From positions 3,534,001 through 3,598,000 of the forward strand of contig JAYWIR010000002.1 of the NCBI GenBank assembly GCA_036172245.1: a stretch of DNA of 64,000 nucleotides, in the 5' to 3' direction. Under the pieces are notes generated by a model. It ran no database searches and was not told the DNA's origin. It saw only the letters and a program-made list of their open reading frames with translations. Source of the stretch: Raillietiella orientalis (taxonomy: Eukaryota). This document shows, one piece after another, positions 1-12,334 of the stretch; position 1 is the stretch's first letter, and each line of letters begins with the position of its first letter. The position numbers and the translations under genes were made by a program.

Positions 1-2318
1 ATGACCGCGAAAACTCTGGAAGCCATTCTTGAGGAGGGCACCTTCCTACTGAGCACCTTTCGCGAAACGGAAAGAAGAAGGGCGAAAGCTCGGAAAGTCG
101 GAACTCTGTTCTCAAAGTGCCTTTCTTTGTCTCGTGCTGGACGTCTGAAGATGTCTTGCAGGAGGCAGTGACTCGCAAGCGAGCGCCGGTCGCAACCTTC
201 TTGAGTGAGCACAGGAGGATTTTCCTGTCCGGTCACCAGTCAGACCAGCCTCGTGGCACACAGCGACTCATCATATCCAAAGTCGAACGAAACTTTTGCT
301 CCTTCTTGTCCCGGATCGCGGAATCCGGGAAGAAATCCCGCCTGGTAAGGAGGAAGGTGAAAACCAGAAGCCCTAATCTTTGGCCCACTGGATGCTCCCG
401 CTCGGAAACGGTGACCACTGAAGGCATCCTTTCACATGCTGAGGAATACCCTGAAAGTCATGACCAGCAGGGAGTGGTGATCTTTAAATCCGCAGGCGTT
501 TCCAAAATTAGCCCGATGGAGTGGTGAGAGCCATCGAAACCGATTTGGAAACGAAGGGCTGCGAGCTTGCTCCTCTGTAGGGTAAGGGATCCGCTCTCGG
601 GGGTTTTCGGGAGGGCGAAGGTGGGGGTGGGGGGGGAGAGCTTCTGATTTCAAAATGCACGCTGTGCGGTACACACACGCACACGCCGCCAGTGGTCCAT
701 GAAATGCCGAGTGTTCAAGACCTGTGTGCCTCCATGCTTCACAGCCGAACAAACAAGCATGGCCCTTAATTGCATCCTCAAATTATTCAAAGCCCATTAG
801 CATCGAAGCAACGTCAATCCTTCCTCTCGACAAAGGCAAAAGGAATACACATGCATAAATGCGCGCCGACTTTCTTTGTGAAGGCTAAAGGCTAAGCAGC
901 CAATGGCAATTACCGCGAATGGATATCAAACGAGCTGCTCCGGTGGGGGAGACGTCGGAAGCGTTCTTGGAAGAAAAGCACACACACACACACACACATA
1001 CACGTTCTCCTACTTGTTGTTGGGTAGCGAGAAAACCCTGCCGTGCACGGAAACACGCGGGAACGAAGGGATCGCTGCTGACACTTGGAATGCGAAGAGA
1101 CGCCTGGGACGTCGGAGCCGCTGCGGACGGTAACCGGAATGGTGAGTGAAAACGGAAGAGAACGATTCCTGCTGACGACCCACGAAATGGGCACTTTGTG
1201 GGAAAAAACGGCACTCCAGATGTGAAACACACAGAATCACTTTTCACGTGCCGAGATCGTCATCGCTCAGCAATTCATTGTACTGTACGCCGTGCCTACT
1301 GATCGCATCTTTCCAATTCGTCGCGATACTCACTAAGATTTTTTTTTTTTTTTCTCCCAAGAGTACTTTTTCTAAACAAGGGAAAAGCACCAAAGCCTTC
1401 CGGGTTCATCCCAATTTTCAAAGAGGAGCTGGCGAGTGAAATTCCAATTTCCAACAGAAAATTCGAAAACACACACACACACACGGGCCCCGAAAAGAAA
1501 TTCCAGGAGGAGTGAGGCAGGAAAATCGGAGACGAACATTTCTCCAGAACGTTCTTCCTTTGAGAGTCTTCGCAGTTTTCCTGGGAGCACCGGAGAGCAA
1601 GGGAGGAAAAAAAAAAAAAAAATACCTGGCATGGTCCGAATCTCCGAGATCGGCGATCAAGGGGACTGTCAGCAGAAAATCTCGACCACGTCCACTACGT
1701 GGCAAGCAAAGTAACGAACACTAACACTAGGTATGTTTTTTGGGGGGAATCCCGTCGAACAGTGCATGCTTCAAGAAACAGCCACGTCCATGGCTCCGGT
1801 GGGTCAAGTCGAACACACGCACGCTGTTCACACTGTGGCCAAATTTTTCCGCTTCTTGCAGTGCGAAGGCACGTCGTCGTCGTCGACCAAGTGGGGGCTT
1901 CCACGGATCTTCACTCTTAGCAGAAGGGAGTGTTTCGCTTGAGCTGCAACACTTCGGATTTCTCTTCCAGGAGGTGGTGGCACAAGGCTTTCAAAGGCAC
2001 GTACTGATTCTGGCCAATGTACGAAAGAGCTAAGGCTATTTAAAGGTCGTGACCTTGCGCGACCCAATCCTATGGATAGCTAGCTGTAAAGATACCCATC
2101 GTGCATGCCCACTTATCAGGTGTGGCCTCGCATGGAGATATGGAATGGCGACGAATACGGGTGCTGAATGAAATAATTATTCTTATTCGCAATTATAGAG
2201 TCCGAGAAGCACGGAGCAGCTACAGGCAGTTTTCCAAAAAAGTTCACTGACCTGTCGATCGAATGCGAGTGCCTCATGGTCACGAGTCGATGCTTACGCA
2301 CAAAGAAAGCGATTTATG

Positions 2319-2427
<109 letters not shown>

Positions 2428-2965
2428 ACGAAGGTGGATGCGTGCACCAACAGAATCCGAGGGTGATCCTGGGGGCCCTGGGGCGTTGACGTTTGTCGGC
2501 AGTTTTCGCACAAACGAAAGAGAGCAATCGAATTATTTCGTTTTCAACAGGGTTTTCGTGTCCTCCTCCTGGTGGGCCCCCTCGGGGAAAGCAACGCCAG
2601 TGTGTGATTCCGTGTCCACTGACTCCTTGATGTCCTCTCAAAGATAATTCTATGAGCTCCACGCATCTATGACGTGCGTTTTTTTTCTTTTTTTTTGGGG
2701 GGGGGAGGGGGATTTTTCCTTTCTTGCACGTTTTCGTGCAGATAACGGCTTGGGAAGAAGATGTGAATCGGAAACGCTTAGGTGAAAAGGTGCCCAGCGC
2801 GTTTCCATACGTTAGAATGCATATGGAATTTCGTCCCCGCCGATAGTGTGTTATGCCACACGTGCATGGAGTGCGGTCCCCCGCGTGACTGAGTGCAGCA
2901 CATTCGCAGCGTCAGCCTTGAAAGCCCATTCATAGCTACTACGGATTTTCTTTTCTTTTCTCTTC

Positions 2966-2966
<1 letters not shown>

Positions 2967-2994
<28 letters not shown>
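2967..2994. repeat. (TG)14 microsatellite
   Basis: Direct reading. Confidence 0.95.
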
Positions 2995-2998
<4 letters not shown>

Positions 2999-3973
2999 GC
3001 TGTTGAACGAGATTCGACTACAGCACATCGGCACAACCCGTTATGGGCGTAGTAAAGATTCGACGGGGAGCGCCGGAGCCGTCCGCGGTACGCGCAGGCT
3101 CCGAGAGCCAGGACCCAACTGGAAAGGTTCACTGACCTGAAATCTGCTGGCTCTTCGTCCAGAATCAGTGAATATTACTTTAGACCAAAACGGAGATTCC
3201 AATACAGAAAAAAAAAAAAATTAAGGAAGCAGGTCATACGGGCGTTGACCCAAGTGCGTCAACAAAATTGCCATCCACTTGGGTGTGAGGTGCGTGCATG
3301 GAAAGTATCCCGTGATTATTCCTCTTCGAAACATGATCGTTCAATTAAACAAAACTTTTAATTACGTAAACATGGCCGTGCAACTTTCGAAAGCCTTCAT
3401 AGAGAGGCAGGCAGGCGTGCCTGCCGAATAAGCATTCGAAACCGAGGAAGCATTCGGAAAGCTCCGGGGAGGAGGAAGAAGGAGAAGGAAAAAATGCTCC
3501 CAGCGTTCGGCATTGCGTGTGGGAATTCCGCCCTGCGAGAGAGACATTTGGCCACCGCGAGTGGCCACTCGCCTCCTGAGAAACTCCCCCCCCGGAGAGA
3601 GAACGAACCACTTTCCTCCGCGCTACGTTGGCGCCATGTTGATATATCCGGCTGATATTCCGATGCATGAATTATATAATGATAAAAGTCCCGGAGATAA
3701 GATTCAGCGCGATACGCTGAAAGATTTATGACGTGCGCGCATCACCGAGGTGGCAAAAAAGAAAAGGAAAAAAGAAAAAAGGAACACATTCGAGGGCAAA
3801 CTCCAAAGTGAACGCTTCGACCACATCGATAAAGGAAGCCAAAGAAATGAAGGCAACTGGCCACTGAGTTTCGGCAGGGAGGGAGAGGGGATGAAAGAAA
3901 GAAAAACAAAACAAAAGCATGGGAAGCAGAAGACACACATACCAAAACACGGCACCGCATCACGGGAGCATCC

Positions 3974-4009
<36 letters not shown>

Positions 4010-7000
4010 TTCTCTTTCAAGCTTCGCCGAAAAGTTTCCAACGACTGGTCGTCAGTGGCTTACGCCCTCCTCCCTGTTTGGTCACGTTTTTCGTCGCCTC
4101 TCCTGAGAGGCCGGTCCAGAACAGGACCGTGCAGGCGCGGGACGTGCGTGCCGAACGTGTTCTGCGGACAGATGCACACGGCACGCGTCTACACGGAACA
4201 CACTGCACTTGGGAAGACGTCGGTAGCAGCCGCTCTGCAAGGACGCCGTCGGCATCGGCGGCGTCCCGGGGCCGCCAAGGCAACCACCAGGCGAAGGCAT
4301 TGTTGAGCAAAGTCGCCTTCGCAACGCGCGCCACCGAAAACGCTCGGCCTACAAATCAGTCGGAACAACACGCGCGCGCGCGCATGTGCCGAAGTGTGTG
4401 TGTGTGTGTGTGCCCGGAGCGTGCACATTGCATGCACCTGGAGGCAAATATGCGCTCAAATAAGCTCAAAGGAGAGAGGCCCTTCCCCCCTCGGGTAGCC
4501 GTCTTGGACCTGCCCACTCATCCCTGAGAGGCGTGCGACTCCCATGGCCGCCGCGTGCCATCGAGCAGGAGCATTCCCTGGGGCCTTCGAGCCTACCCCA
4601 ACGTCTGACCGTTCCCAGGGAAGAAAAAAGGGGGCCGTGACCCCTCCCCTCCGTCTTTGCGAGCCACGCGAGCACGTCGCCCTCAGCCCTCTTCCGGGAG
4701 AAGGGAGCAGGGAAGGTGGGGGAAGAAGAAAGGTGAGGGAGGAACCCACTTTTTTTTGTCTTTCCTCCTCGCATCGTCGAGGAGAGCCGGGAATCCTGTA
4801 ATCTCCTTCTCCGCGCTCTCACTCTCTCTCTCCGTGAGAAAGGAAGAGGGGACGCACTTCCCCGGGAACGCGCTGTAGCTCGGCGGAGTTGACCGCGGAA
4901 CTTCTTTCTTCTGGACCCCTGGGGGTTCTCGTGGGGCCCAGTCAACGTTCCAGGGATCCCTCCTCCCCCTCAGAGTCCCACCACGGCTTGCCTTACTCGC
5001 AGGTGCGGTGCTTTCGTCGGAGGCTGTGCTTCCTTTCTGCGGAGAGGTTTTCGCCACTCCGGGTTTCGCGATTTGCGTATCGCCTCACCTCCCCGCGTTG
5101 CTGCTGTCCTTTCCTTGGAGGACGAGGAAAGGAGCGGGAAGAAGGAAGCGAGGGGGGAATAGACGGAGGATGAAGGAGGTCGAATAAGGGGGGAATGGAA
5201 CAGGAGGAGGTAAGAGGGGACGACGACGAAGAGCAGGAGGGTGCAGGGCACCTCGACTCACCAAATTCGCCGAGAGGAAAACGTATGGAACGCAACACGC
5301 CGACGGCGGGAATTGCCGTCCCGCCACCCACCGCTGCTCGCCGCCGCCAGAGGGCCGCGGCTCTGGCTCGGTGCAGGTGGGAAGGAGAAGGAAAGAGACG
5401 CGGGGGTACATACGAGGGGAGAGAAAAAAAAAAAGGGGGAAATGAGGGTCCGTAGAGTCTTTGACCCCCACGGGCTGCTCTTTCCCATCCCCACGGTCGC
5501 GCTCCGAAACTTCCGCCCGGAGGGGTCAGGGCTCCCTTCTCTTTCTGCTCCACGTGCTCCTCCCACGCGGAGAGATCTCTCCACCTCGCTGAAACGCTCG
5601 GCTCGAGGGATTTCCGGAACTCCACTGCTCTTCCAGAGAACGACCGTCGCCCCCACGACCCTTCTTTACCCTTCCTGGGCTCTCGTCCCCTCAGCGGGGC
5701 TTTAGGGATTGGTAAACGGGCACGCTGACATGTGACGCCTGTCCGCAGTTCCTTCGGAGAGGATCTCCTCCGCCCCACCCCCACCCCCGCCCTCAGCCCT
5801 TCTGCGTCTGACCGTCGCCTGCGGCGGCTCCGGTCCGGGTGAGGCTCGCCTTGCACCGCCGCTATGTATCTCTCTCTGCAACTGGGGAAACGCGTGGGTT
5901 GTTGCAGGAGGCGCAAGCCCGCCAAAACGGGAGATTCCGACCGCAGGCAGGAAAAAAGAGAGGGGGAGGGGGAAAGGGGGAGAGAGAAAAAAAATGTCCT
6001 CCTACCCCCCCCCCCTTCATTCCCCCAAGCAAAGACTCTGCACGGAACGGGAGGCACGGTTCGTCGCCACGTTCGGATCCGGGGTCGCGGCTCGTAGGGA
6101 ACACGAGCTGTCCAAACGCCGGGGATCTGCGGTTTCAGTGTGGCTGAACCAGCGCGGAGTTCCTCCCCGAGCCGCTTCCAGAAACCGCGTGGGACGGACG
6201 CAGAGAAATCATCCCCCTGGCCTGGAACGGTCGCCAAATTCCGTCCCGCCGAGGAACCGACTGCAACTGTTTCCGGTTTCTCCGGGAACGAAATTCAAGA
6301 CGACGCTTTGGTCGTTTTCTTCCCCCTCCCCTCTTTCCCCCTTCCCGCTCCGCGTTCGCTTCGGATCGGGCGATTCCCACGTTGCTCCGGAGCGAGTGAA
6401 ACGCGATGATTATGGAAATCGGGCGATCCAGCAGCAGCGGATCGTCAGCAGAGGACCGGCCGTGGAGGCGGAGGGCAGGAAGGCGGGCAATGGAGAACTG
6501 CGGGGGAGCGGCGAAGGCCTTCGGCGACGCGGCGCTTGGGACGGGGGGGAAGAAGCCGTCAGCCCGCGAGCGTCCCGCGCAGAACTCGCTCCCGGCAAGG
6601 CACGCTGGGGCGCCCAGCGCTTCAGGAAAACGGAGAGAAGGCGTGAAGGAGACCCACCCTCCCGATGGGTCATTCGGCAAAGAGCGGATTCCACGACGGC
6701 AGCGACGGCCCGAAGGGAGGATGGGGAGGGGGGTTCCGATTCCCGCAGATCAGCAAGCTCTATGGAGCGCTCATGCATCTAGGGAACTTTCCAAAAAGAA
6801 TTCTTCCCCCCCCCCCCTCCTCCCTTCCTCTTTCCCCCGAGAGGACGACGTGTCGGTCAGCTAGGAGTCTCACCACATTGAAGGGAACCAGAAAGGCCAG
6901 GCGCGATGCGAATGGGGGTGCCGGGGAGCAGCCGTCTTTTCGCTGCTCGAAATAAGACGCAACGTGACGAGGACGAGGGTCAAGCGGCGGCGAACGGCGA

Positions 7001-9241
7001 AACCTCGAGATGGGAACTGGAGGAAGGGGGGAAGGGTTAGGACGCCTGCGTGTGACGGACGGGACGACGGAGCACAGGAGCGACGGATTTTCCTCCCAGT
7101 GGGGGATGCGAGAAGGAGAAAAAGGATTTTCCAGGCTTTTCCTACCGAACATAAGAGAAACCTTCGTGCCCGAGACATCGATGTTCCCCGCTCCCCCCTC
7201 CCCTCCTCCTCCACATACTTCCCCTTCCGGACGCGGCATTCGTTGCGACAGAGCGGAATCCTTCCCGTGGCGTACAAGGAAAGGATGGAACCAGAAACGA
7301 GCCCTCGCATCCCTGAATCCTTTCTCTCCTTTTCCTCTCATCCCTGGAGGAGAGACTTGTTGGTCAAGTAGGATGCTTCCGTCACGGTGCCGCTCCCTCG
7401 CTGGAAAACTCTGCGGAAGAGGCGGTCCGCCTTCTTTCAGCAAAACGCGCAGAAGACTGCTTCCCCCTCCCAAGGGATTCCTCGGCGAGGCCTTTCTTTC
7501 CGCAGGACACGCTGGCGACTAATGAATCATCCCACTTCCCCTTCCCTTCCTTCGAATCCAGGCTGCGAGGAGAGCAGGGTGAAACGATCGTCATGACCGG
7601 GAAAGCCGGTGGGCTCTGGAATTTTTCGGCAAAGGTATCCATGCGCCCTGCTGGAGGTTCGTCTGCCATGACTGCTTGCTGGCTGCTCAGCGGAGAAGGA
7701 GACGAGAACCGGAGGGGACGCCTGATAGAGGTCCGCGACAAGAAAAAAAAAAAAAAGCTCGTCCTTCTCCAGGATTGCAGAGGGATCCATTCCGATCAGA
7801 CGGTCCTGCTCCGGTGATTCCTCCCGGGAAACATGCTGAAACGGTACCGGCTCTTTCCGTCCTTCGTGAGGGAGGGACGGGAGCACGGTCTTTCTTTCTC
7901 CTACATCATCTAGATCGCGTGTGGGTCCTCTCCTCCTAAGCATAGCTCTCGAGTGTTCCCTAGAACTACCTCCCAGAAGCAAAAGTGCTCCCTAGGGGCT
8001 TGCAGCAGACATGTGGAGAAGTAAGGCGGACGGAAGGATAGGGGCGAATGCGTAGGAAACATTACAGAAGCAGAGCTCCGCCGAAGGAACGTCGAGAAGC
8101 ACTGACCATTTCTTGCTCAGAAGCCATTTTCGCCTGTGAGATTTTCCGGACTCTGGAGGAAAGTCACGAGTTGTCTTCCTGTGTTCACAGGGACCTGCAA
8201 CTCCCGTGGTTAAAGGTAGCAAGAGAGTTTCTCTTTTCTCCTCCCATGCATAAGAAGGAAAGAAAGAATCGCTAAGAGTAGCACATCCTCTCTGCTTTCC
8301 GATTCCCACGCGCCCTATGCCCTCCTCTTCTTCAGGAAGAAGTGATTGGGAATGTTTCCGGATCCTGAAAGGGGTAAGGAGAGCTCGCGCGAGCGCGTGC
8401 GCGCGCGCCGGGAGGGCCGTCCATTTTTCCCTTACGACTTGGATCGACTTGCAAACTCGGTCGGCTAGAGAAGGCGGCTCTTTCCCCACCCCCGTCCTTC
8501 TTCCTGCCACCCACGCAGCAAGCGCCCCCTGCTCTCCCGGAGCGTTTGTGCCCGTTCCCTGCGGCGGCGCGGCCAGAGTTCGCATACGTCCTCTCGACCG
8601 CCGGGCGTGTGGGGAAGGCGCGCGCGTCGTGTCCGAGGATCCTCGGGAGCGTCCGTTTCTGATCGGCAAAACCACGCAAGGGTGAAAAAAGTCGCAAGCA
8701 CGCGGTGACCTTGGAAGCGGAGCACTGTGAACGGGATATGCAGGGGCGGGGGGTCCCGTCGTTGGTTCACATTAGGGCCTTGCGTCAAAGGGAAGCCTTT
8801 TTTCCAAGTAGACCTTTCTTCAACGTGGTAGTATGGCTGCGCTCTCCCACGATCACTATCCTTGCTCTCTCTTCTCCCCCTCCTCCTCTCTTGAGCTTGC
8901 ACCAACATCTCACGGCCGAATCCCTGACGCTTCCGCCCTCTTCGACCCGGGACACGACTCTGCTTCCTCGTCCCGGCTTGGGGAGCAGCTCATGTGGGAA
9001 AGCATGCTTCCCACCAAAAAAAAAAAAAAAGAATAAAAAAAGAGGAGAGGGAGGGAGGGAGGGAGGGAGGGAGAGCGAGCGAGAAGAGAGAGAAAGAAGG
9101 GAAGACCGAAATATCTGATTTCCAATTGTCAAGCTCTCCCTTGAGACAAACCATCCCTATAAACGCACTTTCCTTCGCTCCGATGATCCTGTGGTGCACC
9201 GCGACGGAGAAAAAAAAAAGGAGCGAACTTTCGACGTTGAC

Positions 9242-9277
9242 ACAGAAACGGATGTGTGTATACACATCCGTTTCTGT
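9242..9277. repeat. Inverted repeat, perfect 16-bp arms with 4-nt spacer
   Basis: ACAGAAACGGATGTGT-gtat-ACACATCCGTTTCTGT. Confidence 0.95.
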
Positions 9278-11103
9278 ACTTATGTATATATATATATATA
9301 TATTAACATCCCGTGTCCAGGCCGAATTGTTCCGTGCCGCTCAGGACAAGACTCAAAAATCACATGGAAAATGCAACCACCAATCACCGTGGAGAATGGA
9401 AAATTTTCGTATTTGATACTGGCTGATTTATTTCTCATCGCTGTTACCACGACTGCTACTATTATCCTTTATTATCATTAGTAGTAGTAGCTTTTCTTTG
9501 TTTTGCTTCACAACGCCGACGAAAAAAAAAAAAAGGAAAGAAACGCGGTATTACAATGCAGGTGTTCCCTTGAGAGCTTCGCGGAAAGATTACCATTAAC
9601 TGCCCTCCAGCCGGTCGAGGCTAAATTTAGATCGACAATGGTTTGCTGCCATTGTTGCGCCGCGGCCGGCTGGCAGAGTTCCGAACACGAATGATTTCGA
9701 CTTGGGGCGAGCGTGCGGGGGAGAAGCGCAAAACAGGGAAGAGCCCCCCCCCCTCCCCCTCCCCCCGCCCAAAAAAAGAGAAGAAGAAGCGCAAAGTTCC
9801 CTGCGGTGAACGCACGTTGTGCTGCTGACTGCTCCGAAGGCTCCAAAGGATCTCTGGGAGCGTGTAGCACTTTGGTTGCGAAGGAGAGACGCTGGACCAG
9901 AGACGTCCTGGGCGCGGCGCAGTCCGGCCGCTTCGAGGGACTTCTGCGACGAGGTCCGGTCCCAGCGATTCCTGGTGCCTCCCGAGCTTCCAGGTCGCCT
10001 TCAGCCGGAAACGGGATTCTCCGTCGTGGAACGGAACGCAAAGGAGTGCGTTCTGGGGAGACATCGGATGGGCTTATCCTCGTGGGGTTCGCTCTCAGTT
10101 AACCATTCGATCCGTGGAAATCAAAGTTCGTCCATCTATTTAAGTCGAGAAGAACGTCACTTGCACACTTCGGCACAACGTTAGAAGCAGGGGGGGGGGG
10201 GAAGAGGGGAGGGGGGAAGGAGGAAAACTTTAGCCTGGAAAGTGTGAACGCAGGAATGCGCAAAAAGTGCACGTTGGACTTTTCTGTTGGGAGGCTTTCT
10301 ATTGAGAATCGATCCTGAGAACGATCCACCTAACGCAGTCGTGGACTGAAGTGATGGGTGAAACGTGATAAGTGGAGGTTCCGTGTCTGAACTGCAGCAA
10401 GATCGAGCGTGAGTTTTGCACATAGGATTTTCTAGGGAATGGTTCGATCCTTCTGCTTTCTCGAGTGTTCCGATCTGGAAAATTATTCATAAAGAGGGGA
10501 AAGAAGAAGTCGGAGACGCCACGTTTCAATTTCTGACCGAAAGATCTGAACGTTTTCGGATGTGTGTGTGTGTGTGTGTAAGTTATTGCGCGCTTTGGGA
10601 TGCTCCTGCCTTCCCATCGAGCGGCGAGCTCTTCCTTTCTTTTGAGTGTTCGTTATGTGTAAGGCAGAGAGTGAGTGTTAGCAAAGGTGAAGGATTGGAT
10701 TTTTCTCCGAACGAATCGTAGAGTGGCAAACCCATGTACACGACGAGTGTTGCATTTCATCCACTTTTAATCAGCAAACACCAAAAGTGATGCGATGTTT
10801 ACTTTGAGAACAAAGAGAGAGAGAGAGAGAGAGGGAGTTAGGGAGGGAGAAACGTAAAGACTTGGATAGAGGAATATCTGAATAGAGGAACTCGAGCTTG
10901 CCTGTGTCAAAAGCGAGTGGGCTGACAAAAGGACTACTTGGACAGGGCGAACAGGAATTCAGGTTCTTCGATTCCGCTTCCTGAATGCGTTCTTCCTCAT
11001 CGTTTTCTACTGGTACGAAGGAAGCCAAGCCAGCAGCAAGGCTGGAAAAATCAAAAAGAGCTCAAGGCAGGACGATCTCTTTTATTTTTAGGAAACATGC
11101 GTT

Positions 11104-11105
<2 letters not shown>

Positions 11106-11137
<32 letters not shown>

Positions 11138-11176
11138 CTTTCTTCCTTCTTCTTCTTCTTCTTCTTCTTCTTCTTC
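11106..11176. repeat. T30 homopolymer followed by (CTT)n tract
   Basis: Direct reading. Confidence 0.93.
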
Positions 11177-11461
11177 GCTACGCACTTGAAGTACTTTGGT
11201 CTTGTTGTCCTTGTATATATTTCGAAACTTCTGTGCCTCGGGAAGTTATAAAACGGACAGTTAAGAGATAATGGAATGTTTTTATCAGCATACTGGATTG
11301 TAACAGCAGAATCGAACATTCCTGCTGATAATGCACAATCCTATGGAAGATACGTTGTGTGCGTATTGCCACTAATTATCTCCAGAATGAAGAAAAGCAC
11401 CAGTTTCGTGTGGGAAACGTAAAGAAAGCGTACGTGTACGGAGACGCAGAGGCGCGCGCAA

Positions 11462-11530
11462 ACACACACACACACACACGCACGCACGCACGCACGCACG
11501 CACGTACACGTACACTACGACACGTACACT
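11462..11530. repeat. Compound (AC)n(GCAC)n(GTACAC)n alternating purine-pyrimidine repeat
   Basis: Direct reading; boundaries approximate. Confidence 0.9.
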
Positions 11531-11692
11531 CTGCATGCACAGGCCCTCCCGGCAAACACGGCGAGCTTCTCTCGCGTTCGCGCGCCGTCGCTTGGCAACT
11601 TCGATTTTCGATGCAATTAGCGTGAATAAGCACCAAGAACGGGAGGATGTGTGAAGCTGCTGCTTCACGGGAGAAAAAATTCAAGGCTCCGC

Positions 11693-11728
<36 letters not shown>

Positions 11729-11738
11729 GGGAGAGAGA
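11693..11738. repeat. (GA)n tract about 150 nt inside the intron following the 11924-11888 exon
   Basis: Interrupted GA repeat, read directly. Confidence 0.92.
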
Positions 11739-11887
11739 GGAAAAAAAAAAAAAAGGAACGCGGCCTCGCATCTGCTGGTGGCAAAGGCGAACCCCCCGGC
11801 AGCGAAAAGACGCTGGGGCACGCTGATGGAGCTTGCAAGAGGAAAAATCTCCACACGGCGACCGACACAAATTTTTAATCTGCTTAC

Positions 11888-11924
11888 CTAAGGTGATCCT
11901 CAGCGGCGGCATTTTTATTCTCAT
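11888..11924 (-). CDS. Bcl11: Short first coding exon (MRIKMPPLRITL + 1 nt) of a BCL11-family gene, putative gene B; remaining exons not in window
   Basis: Minus strand reads gacaacATG AGA ATA AAA ATG CCG CCG CTG AGG ATC ACC TTA G|gtaagc: arthropod-type CAAC-ATG start context, consensus donor, phase 1. MRIKMP is, from my recollection (not a search), the N-terminus of arthropod BCL11/CG9650 orthologues. Confidence 0.7.
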
Positions 11925-12298
11925 GTTGTCGGATCCACGGCAGGAGAGATCAATGCAACCAACAACACCTTTCATTTTCTGCCTTCAAATCATTCTTAGG
12001 CTTAGAGGCTATAGACTTGATTCTTCAATGTCGGAACGCACCTGAGGGTGTCTAACGAAGTTCTCACCATTCGGTACTGATTTTCAAGGTCATAGGTTTG
12101 GTCAACGGCAATATGCTGCAGGCTTTGCAGCAGCGACTGTCACGCGAACATCACCTTCCCACTTGCCTGACGCGGCGCGTTCTGGCATTCTCCCGAGCCA
12201 ACTAGCCTGGGACTATTGCATGGGGACCACTATCTGATGCGTTCCTCTTTCTGTTAGCTAATCTCTGCCATTGTCTCGGTGTGTTCCTCGCCTCTGCG

Positions 12299-12300
<2 letters not shown>

Positions 12301-12332
<32 letters not shown>
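12301..12332. repeat. (AC)16 microsatellite
   Basis: Direct reading. Confidence 0.95.

Positions 12333-12334
<2 letters not shown>

Noticed and set aside
12084-12092. TCAAGGTCA (FTZ-F1/ERR-type site) 160 nt upstream of the orphan exon ATG
   Set aside because: A single 9-mer is not unexpected in 64 kb; no independent support.
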